DNA of 64,000 nucleotides from a plasmid. A program made the translations under genes and the position numbers. Below, in pieces: positions 9,525-20,361 of the stretch (position 1 is its first letter; every line of letters starts with the position of its first letter). Location of the stretch: the sequence record NZ_CP044080.1, one strand, 5' to 3'. Below the pieces are notes generated by a model, which worked only from the letters and a program-made list of their open reading frames with translations, was not told the origin of the DNA and ran no database searches.

Positions 9525-10447
9525 CCGCAGATGCCGGCAAGCCCCTGGTCGCGGTCATAGCGACCGGGGGCACCATCGCCAGCCGCAAGGACGCAAGCGG
9601 GGCCGCCCAACCCGTGCTGCGCGGGCAGGACCTGCTGGACCTGCTGCCGCCCCTGGACCTGCGCCTGCGCGCGGTGGAACTGCCCGCCAAGGACAGCTCT
9701 GCCCTGACGCTGGCCGACATGCAGGCGATCAGCGACGCGGTGGGTGCGGCCCTGGCCGATCCTGCGGTCGCGGGCGTCGTGGTCCTGCACGGCACCGACG
9801 CGATGGAGGAAACCGCGCTGCTGATCGCCCTGCAGCATGGTGCGCGCGGCCCGGTCGTGCTGACCGGGGCGCAGTTCTCCGCCGACAGCGACCGGCCCGA
9901 CGGGCCCGGCAACCTGGCCGATGCCCTGCGCGCGGTGCTGGCGGGGCCGGCGGGCGTGCGGCTGGCCTTCGGCGGCCGGCTGTTGCCGGTCTGGGGGCTT
10001 TACAAGGCCGCGTCCGACCGGGCCGACGCCTTTCGCCTGGCGGTGCCGGGCGACCATCCGGTGCCGCACCTGCCCGCGTCGCTGGGGCCGCAGCGCGTCG
10101 ATCTGGTTGCGATCCATCCCGGCGCGGACGCGCTGCATCTGGACGCCAGCCTGGCCGCCGGGGCGCAAGGGATCGTGCTTGTCGCGCTGGGATCGGGCAA
10201 TGCCTCGGCCCCCGTGGCCGAGGCGGTCGCCCGCGCCCATGCGGCCGGCGTGCCCGTGGTCGTCTCCAGCCGGGTGCCGGAGGGGGTTCTGACCCCTGCG
10301 TATGGCGGCGGCGGCGGCGGCCACGACCTGATGCGGGCCGGGGCCATTCACGCCCGCATCCTGCGCCCCGGACAGGCCCGCATCCTGCTGGCGGCGCTGA
10401 TCGCGAACGGCGTCCCGCCGGACCGGATGGCGGCGCATTTCGACTGA
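9521..10447 (+). CDS. ansA: L-asparaginase (bacterial type, AnsA/AnsB family)
   Basis: GTG start overlaps the permease stop. Contains [12 protein letters not shown] and [10 protein letters not shown] motifs. Confidence 0.8.
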   Translation: MTADAGKPLVAVIATGGTIASRKDASGAAQPVLRGQDLLDLLPPLDLRLRAVELPAKDSSALTLADMQAISDAVGAALADPAVAGVVVLHGTDAMEETALLIALQHGARGPVVLTGAQFSADSDRPDGPGNLADALRAVLAGPAGVRLAFGGRLLPVWGLYKAASDRADAFRLAVPGDHPVPHLPASLGPQRVDLVAIHPGADALHLDASLAAGAQGIVLVALGSGNASAPVAEAVARAHAAGVPVVVSSRVPEGVLTPAYGGGGGGHDLMRAGAIHARILRPGQARILLAALIANGVPPDRMAAHFD

Positions 10448-10522
10448 AACGCGGGGCAGCGCGATTGCATTCCGGGGCCTGCTGGCGCAGAACCCAGCCA
10501 AATCCTTGCCATCGGGCCGGCC

Positions 10523-11518
10523 ATGAACCCATCCTCTCCCTGGACCGCGCGGGCCCTGCAGCTTTTCGCGGCCGCGGCGATCTCGTTGATCCTTGCGGTG
10601 CAGCTTGGGCTGCAGAACCCGTTCTGGGCGGCCATGCCGGTCTGGGTCGTGGCCCAGCCGAACCGGCAGGACCTGCTGCTGCGCGCCGTGCTGCGGGTTC
10701 TGGGAACGGCATTCGGCGCAGGGATCGGCTGGCTTGTGCTGATGTCGGTGCCGGGCGACGCGGCCCGGGTCGCGGTCCTGGCGCTGGGGGTCGGGCTCGG
10801 GGCCTCGGTCGCCTTCTGGATCGGCACGGTCTACAGCTATGGCGTGATCCTGGCCGCGATCACGCTGGCGGTGGTGCTGGTGCCGGCGATGGATCATCCG
10901 GTCGATGCGGCCCATCTGGCGCTGGACCGGATCTGGTGCACGCTGATCGGTGTCGTCGCGGTGACGGTCATCACCTTCCTGTTCACCCCCCATCGCAGCG
11001 GCCCGCTGCCGCCGCGCACCGTCCCGCCGCTGGGCGATGTGATCCGCCAGGGGCTGATCGCCGCAGCGGCCGCCTTGGCGGGCGGGGCGATCCTGCATGC
11101 GGTGGGCGGACCTGCGGGGATCGCGGCGGCCCTGTCCCTGACAATCTTCAGCCTGATTCTGGGAACCTCGCGCAACCCCGCGCCGATCCTGGCCTATATG
11201 CCGCCCGGGGCCGCCGTGGGGGTGCTGGCCGCGCTGGCCTATCGGGCGCTTGACATGGCGCTGCCCGATCCGGCGGGAACCGCGCTGTGGCTGGCGCTGC
11301 CCTTCATCGCGGCGGGCGCCAGCCTGCGCAGCTATCCCCGCACCGCCCCGCTGGGACTGGACGCCAACATGTGCTTCCTGCTGGCCGCCGAGGCGGGCAC
11401 CGCCGGGCATGGCTTTGGCGCGCATCTGCAAGGCGGGCTTGCCACGGTCCTCGCAGGCTTCGCCATGGCCGGGATCTTCCGCCGCTTCGGAGCGGTGCGG
11501 GCGCCCGCGTTGAAATAA
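10523..11518 (+). CDS. FUSC-family (fusaric-acid-resistance / aromatic-acid exporter-like) inner-membrane protein
   Basis: 331 aa, multiple transmembrane helices, with a FUSC-like N-terminal region (AAMPVWVVAQPNRQDLL). Confidence 0.6.
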   Translation: MNPSSPWTARALQLFAAAAISLILAVQLGLQNPFWAAMPVWVVAQPNRQDLLLRAVLRVLGTAFGAGIGWLVLMSVPGDAARVAVLALGVGLGASVAFWIGTVYSYGVILAAITLAVVLVPAMDHPVDAAHLALDRIWCTLIGVVAVTVITFLFTPHRSGPLPPRTVPPLGDVIRQGLIAAAAALAGGAILHAVGGPAGIAAALSLTIFSLILGTSRNPAPILAYMPPGAAVGVLAALAYRALDMALPDPAGTALWLALPFIAAGASLRSYPRTAPLGLDANMCFLLAAEAGTAGHGFGAHLQGGLATVLAGFAMAGIFRRFGAVRAPALK

Positions 11519-11581
11519 TTGCGAGCGGTGAACCCCGCCGGGCATCCCGGTGTTCTGTCGCAAACAGAATGGGGGCTCAGC

Positions 11582-11836
11582 ATGGCAAGAATTCCGAACG
11601 ACCTGATCGCAGACCTGCGCAATGCGCTGCACGACCTGGGGGGCGCCTCGGCCGAGGCGTCCGACCTGATCCGCGAACAGTTGGGGGCCGATGCGTCGCG
11701 TGCCTTCGACGATGTGCTGGCGGCCTGCTACCAGATCGTCGAGGCCGCAGCGGAATCGCGCACACTTGCAGACCCTGGCCTGGTGCCGCCCCGGCAACTC
11801 AACGGCCAGGCCATGCGGATCGCGGCGGCGGCCTAG
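11582..11836 (+). CDS. Small hypothetical acidic protein
   Basis: ORF only (MARIPNDLIADL...). No recognisable domain. It is convergent with the LuxR gene. Confidence 0.3.
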   Translation: MARIPNDLIADLRNALHDLGGASAEASDLIREQLGADASRAFDDVLAACYQIVEAAAESRTLADPGLVPPRQLNGQAMRIAAAA

Positions 11837-12999
11837 TCCAGCGGGTCCATCACAAAGCTGGCGCCGATGCTGGACGCCAGCCGGATCAGCTGCGTCCGGT
11901 TCGCGCAATCGGCCTTGGCCAGCAGCGACTTGACCTGCGAATTGATAGTCTCGACCGAGCGGTTGCGCCGGTCCGAGATCTGGCGGTTGGTCAGCCCCTC
12001 GGCCAGCAGCCCGACCAGCCGGGTTTCCGATTGCGTCAGCGTCAGCACCTTGGCCAGCAGGTCCAGGTCCAGCGGCAGCTCCCGCCCGGTATCCAGGCTG
12101 TAGATCGCATAGCCGTCCAGCCGCCGCTCGCCAAAGGCATCGGCGGACGTCAGCGGAGAGATTTCCACCGCAAGCCGCCCGCAACTGGCCTGACGCCCGC
12201 CAAGCGCCTCTTTCCGGGGCCGGGCGCCGCAGCGGCCGTGGTCGCGCGCATCCGCCGTCATCGCGTGCAGCCATTGCCGGTCGGGCGCGGCCCGCATCTC
12301 CAGCCGCCCCGCCCCATCGCGAAAGAACACCCCCGCCGCTTCGCGCTGGCGGGCGAATTCGACGTTCTCGCAGATGATCTGGCGATCGCCCCGGATCAGG
12401 CAGACGCCGATGCGCAGCCGGTCCATGGCCTCGGCCAGGCCCGCATAGGCGGTGCTCAACTGACGCAGCGGACGGCCCAGGTGCAGGGCCTTGGCGACAT
12501 GGGGCAGGATCGTGGCCAGGGCCGCGCGCTCGGCCCCGCTCATCGGCCCGTGCCGGCGCGAGAACTGGACCGAGAAGCGGTCGCGCGACAGGTCGTCCTT
12601 GTTCAGGACGGCGCCGGCCCGGTAATGGACGCCGTGCCGGGCCATCTCTTGCGCATTGGGTCGCAGGGCCAGGGCGCTGTGCTCGGGCGCCAGGACATCG
12701 TCGCCCACGATCTCGATCCGGTCGCCGCGCGCGGAATGGCGGGCGATGATCTCCTGGTCGGCGAACTCCTCCTCGGCAAAGCGATGGATGTAGCCGTCGA
12801 CCAGAACCGGGTCGTAGGCGGCCGAGAAATGGGGCGCCCGCAGCTGACGCGCGCGCGGATCGGCCTCGTCCAGTTCAAAGATGATGCAGCCCCGCGCACC
12901 CACGGCCCGCGCGATCCGGTCAAGCACCCCAGGCCACCGACCGGCGTCCAGCACGGTGTCGTAGATGTCCAGGATGACCTGTTCGTCGGGCTCTTGCAT
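11833..12999 (-). CDS. LuxR-family transcriptional regulator (C-terminal GerE-type HTH, large N-terminal sensory region)
   Basis: The C-terminus TQSETRLVGLLAEGLTNRQISDRRNRSVETINSQVKSLLAKADCANRTQL is a LuxR HTH. It is divergent from the haem-protein operon. Confidence 0.75.
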   Translation of the reverse strand: MQEPDEQVILDIYDTVLDAGRWPGVLDRIARAVGARGCIIFELDEADPRARQLRAPHFSAAYDPVLVDGYIHRFAEEEFADQEIIARHSARGDRIEIVGDDVLAPEHSALALRPNAQEMARHGVHYRAGAVLNKDDLSRDRFSVQFSRRHGPMSGAERAALATILPHVAKALHLGRPLRQLSTAYAGLAEAMDRLRIGVCLIRGDRQIICENVEFARQREAAGVFFRDGAGRLEMRAAPDRQWLHAMTADARDHGRCGARPRKEALGGRQASCGRLAVEISPLTSADAFGERRLDGYAIYSLDTGRELPLDLDLLAKVLTLTQSETRLVGLLAEGLTNRQISDRRNRSVETINSQVKSLLAKADCANRTQLIRLASSIGASFVMDPLD

Positions 13000-13272
13000 C
13001 GCCGATCCCTATCCGCCCGGCCCCCTATGGTAGTCCAGTTCGCGGTCCTTGCAAAAGAAAAGCGTCGACGCCCGTTGCAGAGCAAAAATCCCCCGAACTG
13101 GTGATGCGGGACAGGGGACGGCCGCGCTAGGGTATGGTCACGGCCCGATTTCATTCAGCAAGTGCTTTGCCGATCCTTCTTCAACGGTTACGCTTCTTCC
13201 CAGCCTTACTCAGTATCCGTCGGCCGGCCGGGCAGGCTGGCCGACAATTTGACCCTTGTTCGGAACGGTTCC

Positions 13273-15135
13273 ATGCGCACGGGGAAAGCATCTTGCCTTG
13301 CGGCCGGCCTGGCCATCGCGGTTCTGCTGGCTGGCCCGGTGGCGGCCCAGCCCGAAAACGACACCCCCCCTTGCGAGGCGCGCGAGGCACTGGCCCATGC
13401 GCTGGCCCGCAACCCCGACCTGCGCTGGCCCCAGATCCGCGCCGCCTGCGACCAGCGGATCGCCGAGGCGCGGGCCGCCGACCCCGTGGGACGCGCCTGG
13501 TTTGCCAATGCGGCGAACGGGTTCGAAGGCGTTCCCCTGGTCCTGCTGAAGGTGCTGCCCGACCTCGCCCCGGAAATCTGGGGCCGGCCCGAGGACTTCT
13601 TTTCCGGTTTCGGCCTGTTTCCCGACCCGGACATTCCCGACCGCATCCTGCCGCGCGGCCTGGGGGTCGCGGGGGACGGTCGCCCCCTGGACGACCAGGG
13701 GCGGCCCCTGGGCGAAATCGACTATGGCGCAAAGGGAAAGCCGCTGTTCGTCACGCTGGCCTGCGGCGCCTGCCACAGCGGAGAGGCCGAGATCGACGGC
13801 CGCCGCATCGTCTATGACGGCGCGCCGAACACCCGGTTCGACGTGCGCAAGTGGCGGGCCGCCTTCAGCGCGCTGCGCCAGGACTATCTGTCCGACGAAC
13901 AGATCGGCACCCCGGACAAGCCGGGCGAGACCACCCGCCGGCTTCTGGCGCTGGTCGCCGCCAAGCCCGCCGGTTTCTTTGCCCGGGGACTGCCCGGCAT
14001 CCCCGAGGACCGCGTGGCCCCCGTGGACGCGGGGCAGCGCGCCATCTTTGCCGCCGCGGCCCCGCAGATCCTGTCCGCCCTGGCCAGGGGCAGCGAGGTT
14101 CGCGCGGCGGCCGTCGCGCTGCAACAACGCGCGGGGTCAAGCTATGGCCACCCGGATTCGCCCGGCCTTGCCGGCGAAAGCGCCGGCCAGTCGGACGGCA
14201 GCGGCGATCTTCTGGCAGACCTGCTGGCCGCGCAGGCGGCCGACCGGCTTGACGCCCTGCAGGCCGACCCCCTGCCCGAGGCGCTGCCGCGCTTTGCCAC
14301 GGTGACGGACATGCCGGCGGTCTGGAACCAGGCGGACCGCGCGACCGGGCAATGGGACGGCAGCGTGCTGGACCGATTCTGGCGCAACATCGCGGCCCAG
14401 TTGCCCATCGTCGGCAAGCCCGGCAGGCTGGACCTGTGGAACGCCGCGCTGGCCGGGGAATACCTGACCACCCTGCCCTCGCCGCCCTGGCCTTTTGACG
14501 TGGACCTGCCCAAGGCCGCACGGGGCGAGGCGATCTTTGCCCGGAACTGCGGCACCTGCCACCGGCCGCGCAACGACAGCCGCTATCCCCAGATCGGCAC
14601 CGATGCGAACCGCGCCCGCGTGCTGAACGCCGCCGCCAGCCAGGTGCTGTTGCAGGGGTTCCGCGCCGCCTGCCACGACCCGGATTTCCACTATCAGGAC
14701 CGGCTGGGCCGCCGCGTGGCGCCCTGCGCCATGCCCGATTACCGCATTCTGCGCGACACGGTCCGGCCGGCGAACCAGGGCTACCTGGCCCCGCCGTTGG
14801 ACGGGATCTGGCTGCGCGCGCCCTATCTGCACAACGGATCGGTCCCGACGCTGGCGCAGCTTTTGCAGCCCGCGACAAGGCCCGCGCGCTTCCTGCGCGG
14901 CGCCATCGCCTATGATGGCGCGGGCATGGGCTGGGTCTGGCAGCCTGACCAGCGCGAGCGGCTGGCGCCGCGTCATCCGACGCTGTGGGTCCACGACACG
15001 GGGCGGGACGGGCTGGGCAACGGCGGCCATGACACCGACCTGATGATCGACGGCCGCCTGCACCGGCTGGACTGGTCCGACCCCGCCCATGCGGCCGAGT
15101 TCGAGATGCTGATGGAATACCTCAAGACCCTTTGA
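13273..15135 (+). CDS. Secreted di-haem c-type cytochrome (two CxxCH motifs), about 620 aa
   Basis: Signal-peptide-like N-terminus (MRTGKASCLAAGLAIAVLLAGPVAAQ). Haem motifs CGACH and CGTCH are about 260 residues apart. First gene of the operon. Confidence 0.75.
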   Translation: MRTGKASCLAAGLAIAVLLAGPVAAQPENDTPPCEAREALAHALARNPDLRWPQIRAACDQRIAEARAADPVGRAWFANAANGFEGVPLVLLKVLPDLAPEIWGRPEDFFSGFGLFPDPDIPDRILPRGLGVAGDGRPLDDQGRPLGEIDYGAKGKPLFVTLACGACHSGEAEIDGRRIVYDGAPNTRFDVRKWRAAFSALRQDYLSDEQIGTPDKPGETTRRLLALVAAKPAGFFARGLPGIPEDRVAPVDAGQRAIFAAAAPQILSALARGSEVRAAAVALQQRAGSSYGHPDSPGLAGESAGQSDGSGDLLADLLAAQAADRLDALQADPLPEALPRFATVTDMPAVWNQADRATGQWDGSVLDRFWRNIAAQLPIVGKPGRLDLWNAALAGEYLTTLPSPPWPFDVDLPKAARGEAIFARNCGTCHRPRNDSRYPQIGTDANRARVLNAAASQVLLQGFRAACHDPDFHYQDRLGRRVAPCAMPDYRILRDTVRPANQGYLAPPLDGIWLRAPYLHNGSVPTLAQLLQPATRPARFLRGAIAYDGAGMGWVWQPDQRERLAPRHPTLWVHDTGRDGLGNGGHDTDLMIDGRLHRLDWSDPAHAAEFEMLMEYLKTL

Positions 15136-16106
15136 CCCTTCCCCCGCCAGGCACGAGGCCCGCCGTGATCCAGCAAGATGCCCAGACCGTCGCCGATATC
15201 CAGACCCAGATCATGCAAGCCACGGCCCCGCATTTGCGCGGGCAGCATCCCAAGATGCACGGCTGCGTCGCCGCCCTGTTCGAGGTCCTGCCGCTGCCGC
15301 CGCCGCTGGACCAGGGCCTGTTCGCCCGGCCCGCCCGGTTCGATGCGCTGGTGCGCCTTTCCAACGGCAGGGAAAGGGACGACCGCAAGCCGGATGCGCA
15401 TGGCATGGCGATCAAGCTGCTGGGTGTTGCGGGCGAAAAGGCCATGCCCGAGGCGCCCGAGGGCGAACAGGATTTCATCCTGGTGGACAACCCGGTGTTC
15501 TTCATTCGCAACGCGGCGGATTATGCCCGCTTCATGGCTCTGGTCGCTGCCGACAGGAAGGCGGAGTTCCTGGCCTATCTTCACCAGACCCACCCCGAGG
15601 ATGTTGCCGTGCTGACGTCATTCGCGCAGCACATCCAGGCCGACCCGCTGTCGGCGACCTACTGGGGACAGGTGCCCTATGCGCTGGGACCGGACCCCGC
15701 CACCGCCTGCCGCTATCGCGCGGTGCCGCGCGTGCCCGCCCCGGACGACAGCCCCGGCGCCACGCCCGATTACCTGCGCGAGCGGATGGTGGCGCGGCTG
15801 GCGCCCGAGGCGTCGCCGGTGGTCTATGACCTTCAGGTGCAACTGCGCCAGGACGCCGATGCGGCGGTGATCGAGAACCCGACCGTCGAATGGGACACCC
15901 CCTTCGTGACCGTCGGCACGCTGACCATTCCGCCCCAGGACTTCGATACGCCCGAACGCCGCGCCCGGGGCGAGGGCCTGCGCTTTTCGCCCTGGCACGC
16001 CCTGGCGGCGCATCGTCCCCTCGGAGAGATCAACGCCGTGCGGCGCGTGGTCTATCCGGCCAGCCAGGCGCTGCGCGCCGCCAGCAGCGGGAAGGCCGCG
16101 TCATGA
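15132..16106 (+). CDS. Catalase-related haem protein (mini-catalase / catalase-related hydroperoxide-transforming enzyme family)
   Basis: Catalase-core-like distal region (RGQHPKMHGCVAALFEV, LVRLSNG). Size about 320 aa. The start codon is uncertain (TTG 15132 or GTG 15165). The stop overlaps the next start (ATGA). Confidence 0.65.
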   Translation: MTLPPPGTRPAVIQQDAQTVADIQTQIMQATAPHLRGQHPKMHGCVAALFEVLPLPPPLDQGLFARPARFDALVRLSNGRERDDRKPDAHGMAIKLLGVAGEKAMPEAPEGEQDFILVDNPVFFIRNAADYARFMALVAADRKAEFLAYLHQTHPEDVAVLTSFAQHIQADPLSATYWGQVPYALGPDPATACRYRAVPRVPAPDDSPGATPDYLRERMVARLAPEASPVVYDLQVQLRQDADAAVIENPTVEWDTPFVTVGTLTIPPQDFDTPERRARGEGLRFSPWHALAAHRPLGEINAVRRVVYPASQALRAASSGKAAS

Positions 16107-17749
16107 CCGCCACCGCCCGGCCCCACCCCCCGCGCGACACCTCGGCCGACGGCTGGGGCAACCGCCTGCAAGCCTATGCGCTAAGCCATTTTCCGGCGCT
16201 GTGGCGCGGCGTCATGGCGGTGCCGCCGCTGCGGCGCCTGGCCAACGACAAGATCGTGGACATGGCCGTGCGCCGTGCGCCCGCCCGCCCCATGGCCTTC
16301 GGCGCGATGACCGCGCGCGCAGACAGCGCGGCCAGTTGCAGCGCCGAATACACCTCGTGGGAAATGCTGACCGACCTGGGCTGGTACAAGCGCCACCTGC
16401 CGCAGGTTCCCCTGCGCACGGACCCGCCGCTTGACGACGTGGTCGCGCTGTTTCGGACCGATCCGGGCGGCGGCGTCCCGTCCGAGGACAGCAGCGTCCT
16501 TTTCATGTCCTTTGCGCAATGGTTCACCGACGGCTTCCTGATGACGGACGCGGTGGACCGGCGCCGCACCCACAGCAGCCACCAGATCGACCTGAATCCG
16601 CTTTACGGCCTGACGCGGGCCGAAACCGATGCGGTGCGCCTGCGCTCCGAGGAACGGGGGCGCCGCGGCCGGCTGAAGGTCGAGCGGATCAACGGCGAGG
16701 ACTTCGCGCCCCGGTATTACGACGACGCCGGCAACCCTCGCGCCGAATTCGGCGCGCTGCGCAAGCCGCTGCGTCTGGACGAATGGCGATCCAAGGCGCC
16801 ACCGGACCGGGACGAGGCGGTCAAGGCAACCCTGTTCGCCTTCGCGGGCGAGCGGGCGAACAGCACGCCTTATACCGCCATGCTGAACACGTTGTTCCTG
16901 CGCGAACACAACCGCCTAGCCGGCGTGATCGAGAAAGCCCACCCCGGCTGGGACGACGAGCGCGTGTTCCAGACCGCGCGCAACGTGACCATCGTCCTGC
17001 TGATCAAGATCGTGATCGAGGAATACATCAACCATATCTCGCCCTATCATTTCCAGCTGACCGCCGATCCGGCCGTCTGCTGGCGCAAGTACTGGAACCG
17101 GCAGAACTGGATTCCTTTGGAATTCAACATGCTTTATCGCTGGCACAGCCTGACGCCGGACCGCTTTGCCATAGCCGGTCAGGAGATCCTGGCAACTGAC
17201 CTGCTGTTCAATCACCAGCCGCTGGTCCAGCATGGGCTGAATGCAATGATGCAGGCGGCAAGCGACCAGCGCGCCCGCCAGATCGGGCTGTTCAACACGC
17301 CCGATTTCCTGATCCCCGTCGAGGCGAGCACCCTGCAGCAATCCCGAGACCAGCGGCTGGCCTCGTACAACGACTACCGGCAGGCCTTCGGCTATGGCCG
17401 GGTCAGGCGGTTCGACCAGATCACCGGGGATCCGCGCCGGATCGAGGCACTTCAGGCGCTTTACGGCGACGTGGATCAGGTCGAGTTCATGGTGGGACTG
17501 TTCGCCGAGGACATCTCGCCCCGCTCGGCGGTGCCGCCGCTGATCGGGCGGATGGTGGCTCTGGACGCCTTTTCGCAGGCGCTGACCAATCCCCTGATGG
17601 CGGAATGCGTGTTCACGCCGGCCACCTTTTCGGAACCCGGATGGCAGGCGATCCAGGAAACCCACCGCTTGCAGGACATTCTGGACCGCAACACGCCACC
17701 CGGGACGGCCCCGCCCCGGGTTACGATGACGCTGCCGCCCGCGACCTGA
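16103..17749 (+). CDS. Animal-haem-peroxidase family protein, cyclooxygenase / fatty-acid alpha-dioxygenase-like
   Basis: COX-like motifs are present: [14 protein letters not shown] (distal His region), [28 protein letters not shown] (matches the COX [20 protein letters not shown] region), and NMLYRWHSL (catalytic Tyr plus proximal His, NxLYHWH in COX). Confidence 0.8.
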   Translation: [548 protein letters not shown]

Positions 17750-17753
17750 GCGC

Positions 17754-17939
17754 TCAGTCGCCCTTGTGCTCGGGCTTGCCCTTGCGCTTGGTATGGGCCA
17801 TGTCCTTCAGCTCCTTCTCGGTCATGGACTTCTCCATTTCCCTGGACGCGCCGCGCAGTTCGCTTTTGGGCGTGTCCCCGCGCTTGGCCGACAGGGCGGC
17901 CCCTGCGGCCTTTTGCTGGGCCTTGGATTTGGCGGGCAT
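17754..17939 (-). CDS. DUF3008 small protein
   Basis: MPAKSKAQQKAAGAALSAKRGD...KSMTEKELKDMAHTKRKGKPEHK matches the DUF3008 signature. Confidence 0.65.
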   Translation of the reverse strand: MPAKSKAQQKAAGAALSAKRGDTPKSELRGASREMEKSMTEKELKDMAHTKRKGKPEHKGD

Positions 17940-17959
17940 GGCTTTGCTCCTGTTCCGAC

Positions 17960-18271
17960 TCAGCCGCGCTTGGCGCGAGCCGTTTCGGCGTTCAGATAGG
18001 GGGTCGGGCCGTCGTCGCCCTTGAGCATCGACTGCTCGACCTCGTCGGTCGAGGGTTCGGAGTTGCTGGCAAGGTCGATGCCGCTGACGGCGGCGGCCGA
18101 TGCGGCTGCGGCCGGATCCTCGGCGGTGCTGTCGGATTGCGCCGGGTCCGATCCGTCCTGCAACTCCTGTCGGGCGCGGCTCCAATGGTCCTCGGCGCGG
18201 CCCTCGGGGCGCCCCTCCTCTTCCCAAAGCTGATGGGCGCGCTGGCGGATCCTGTCTTCTTCCTGGTCCAT
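17960..18271 (-). CDS. DUF2934 small protein
   Basis: IRQRAHQLWEEEGRPEGRAEDHWSRARQEL is the DUF2934 signature. Confidence 0.65.
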   Translation of the reverse strand: MDQEEDRIRQRAHQLWEEEGRPEGRAEDHWSRARQELQDGSDPAQSDSTAEDPAAAASAAAVSGIDLASNSEPSTDEVEQSMLKGDDGPTPYLNAETARAKRG

Positions 18272-18289
18272 GGTCTCTCCTCCTCGGGG

Positions 18290-20347
<2,058 letters not shown>

Positions 20348-20361
20348 TCCTGTCACTCCGT

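Noticed and set aside
9401-12274. 957-aa minus-strand ORF spanning the asparaginase, FUSC and LuxR region
   Set aside because: It is antisense to three well-supported genes. The translation is low-complexity Arg/Gly/Pro/Ala-rich, typical of GC-driven open frames.
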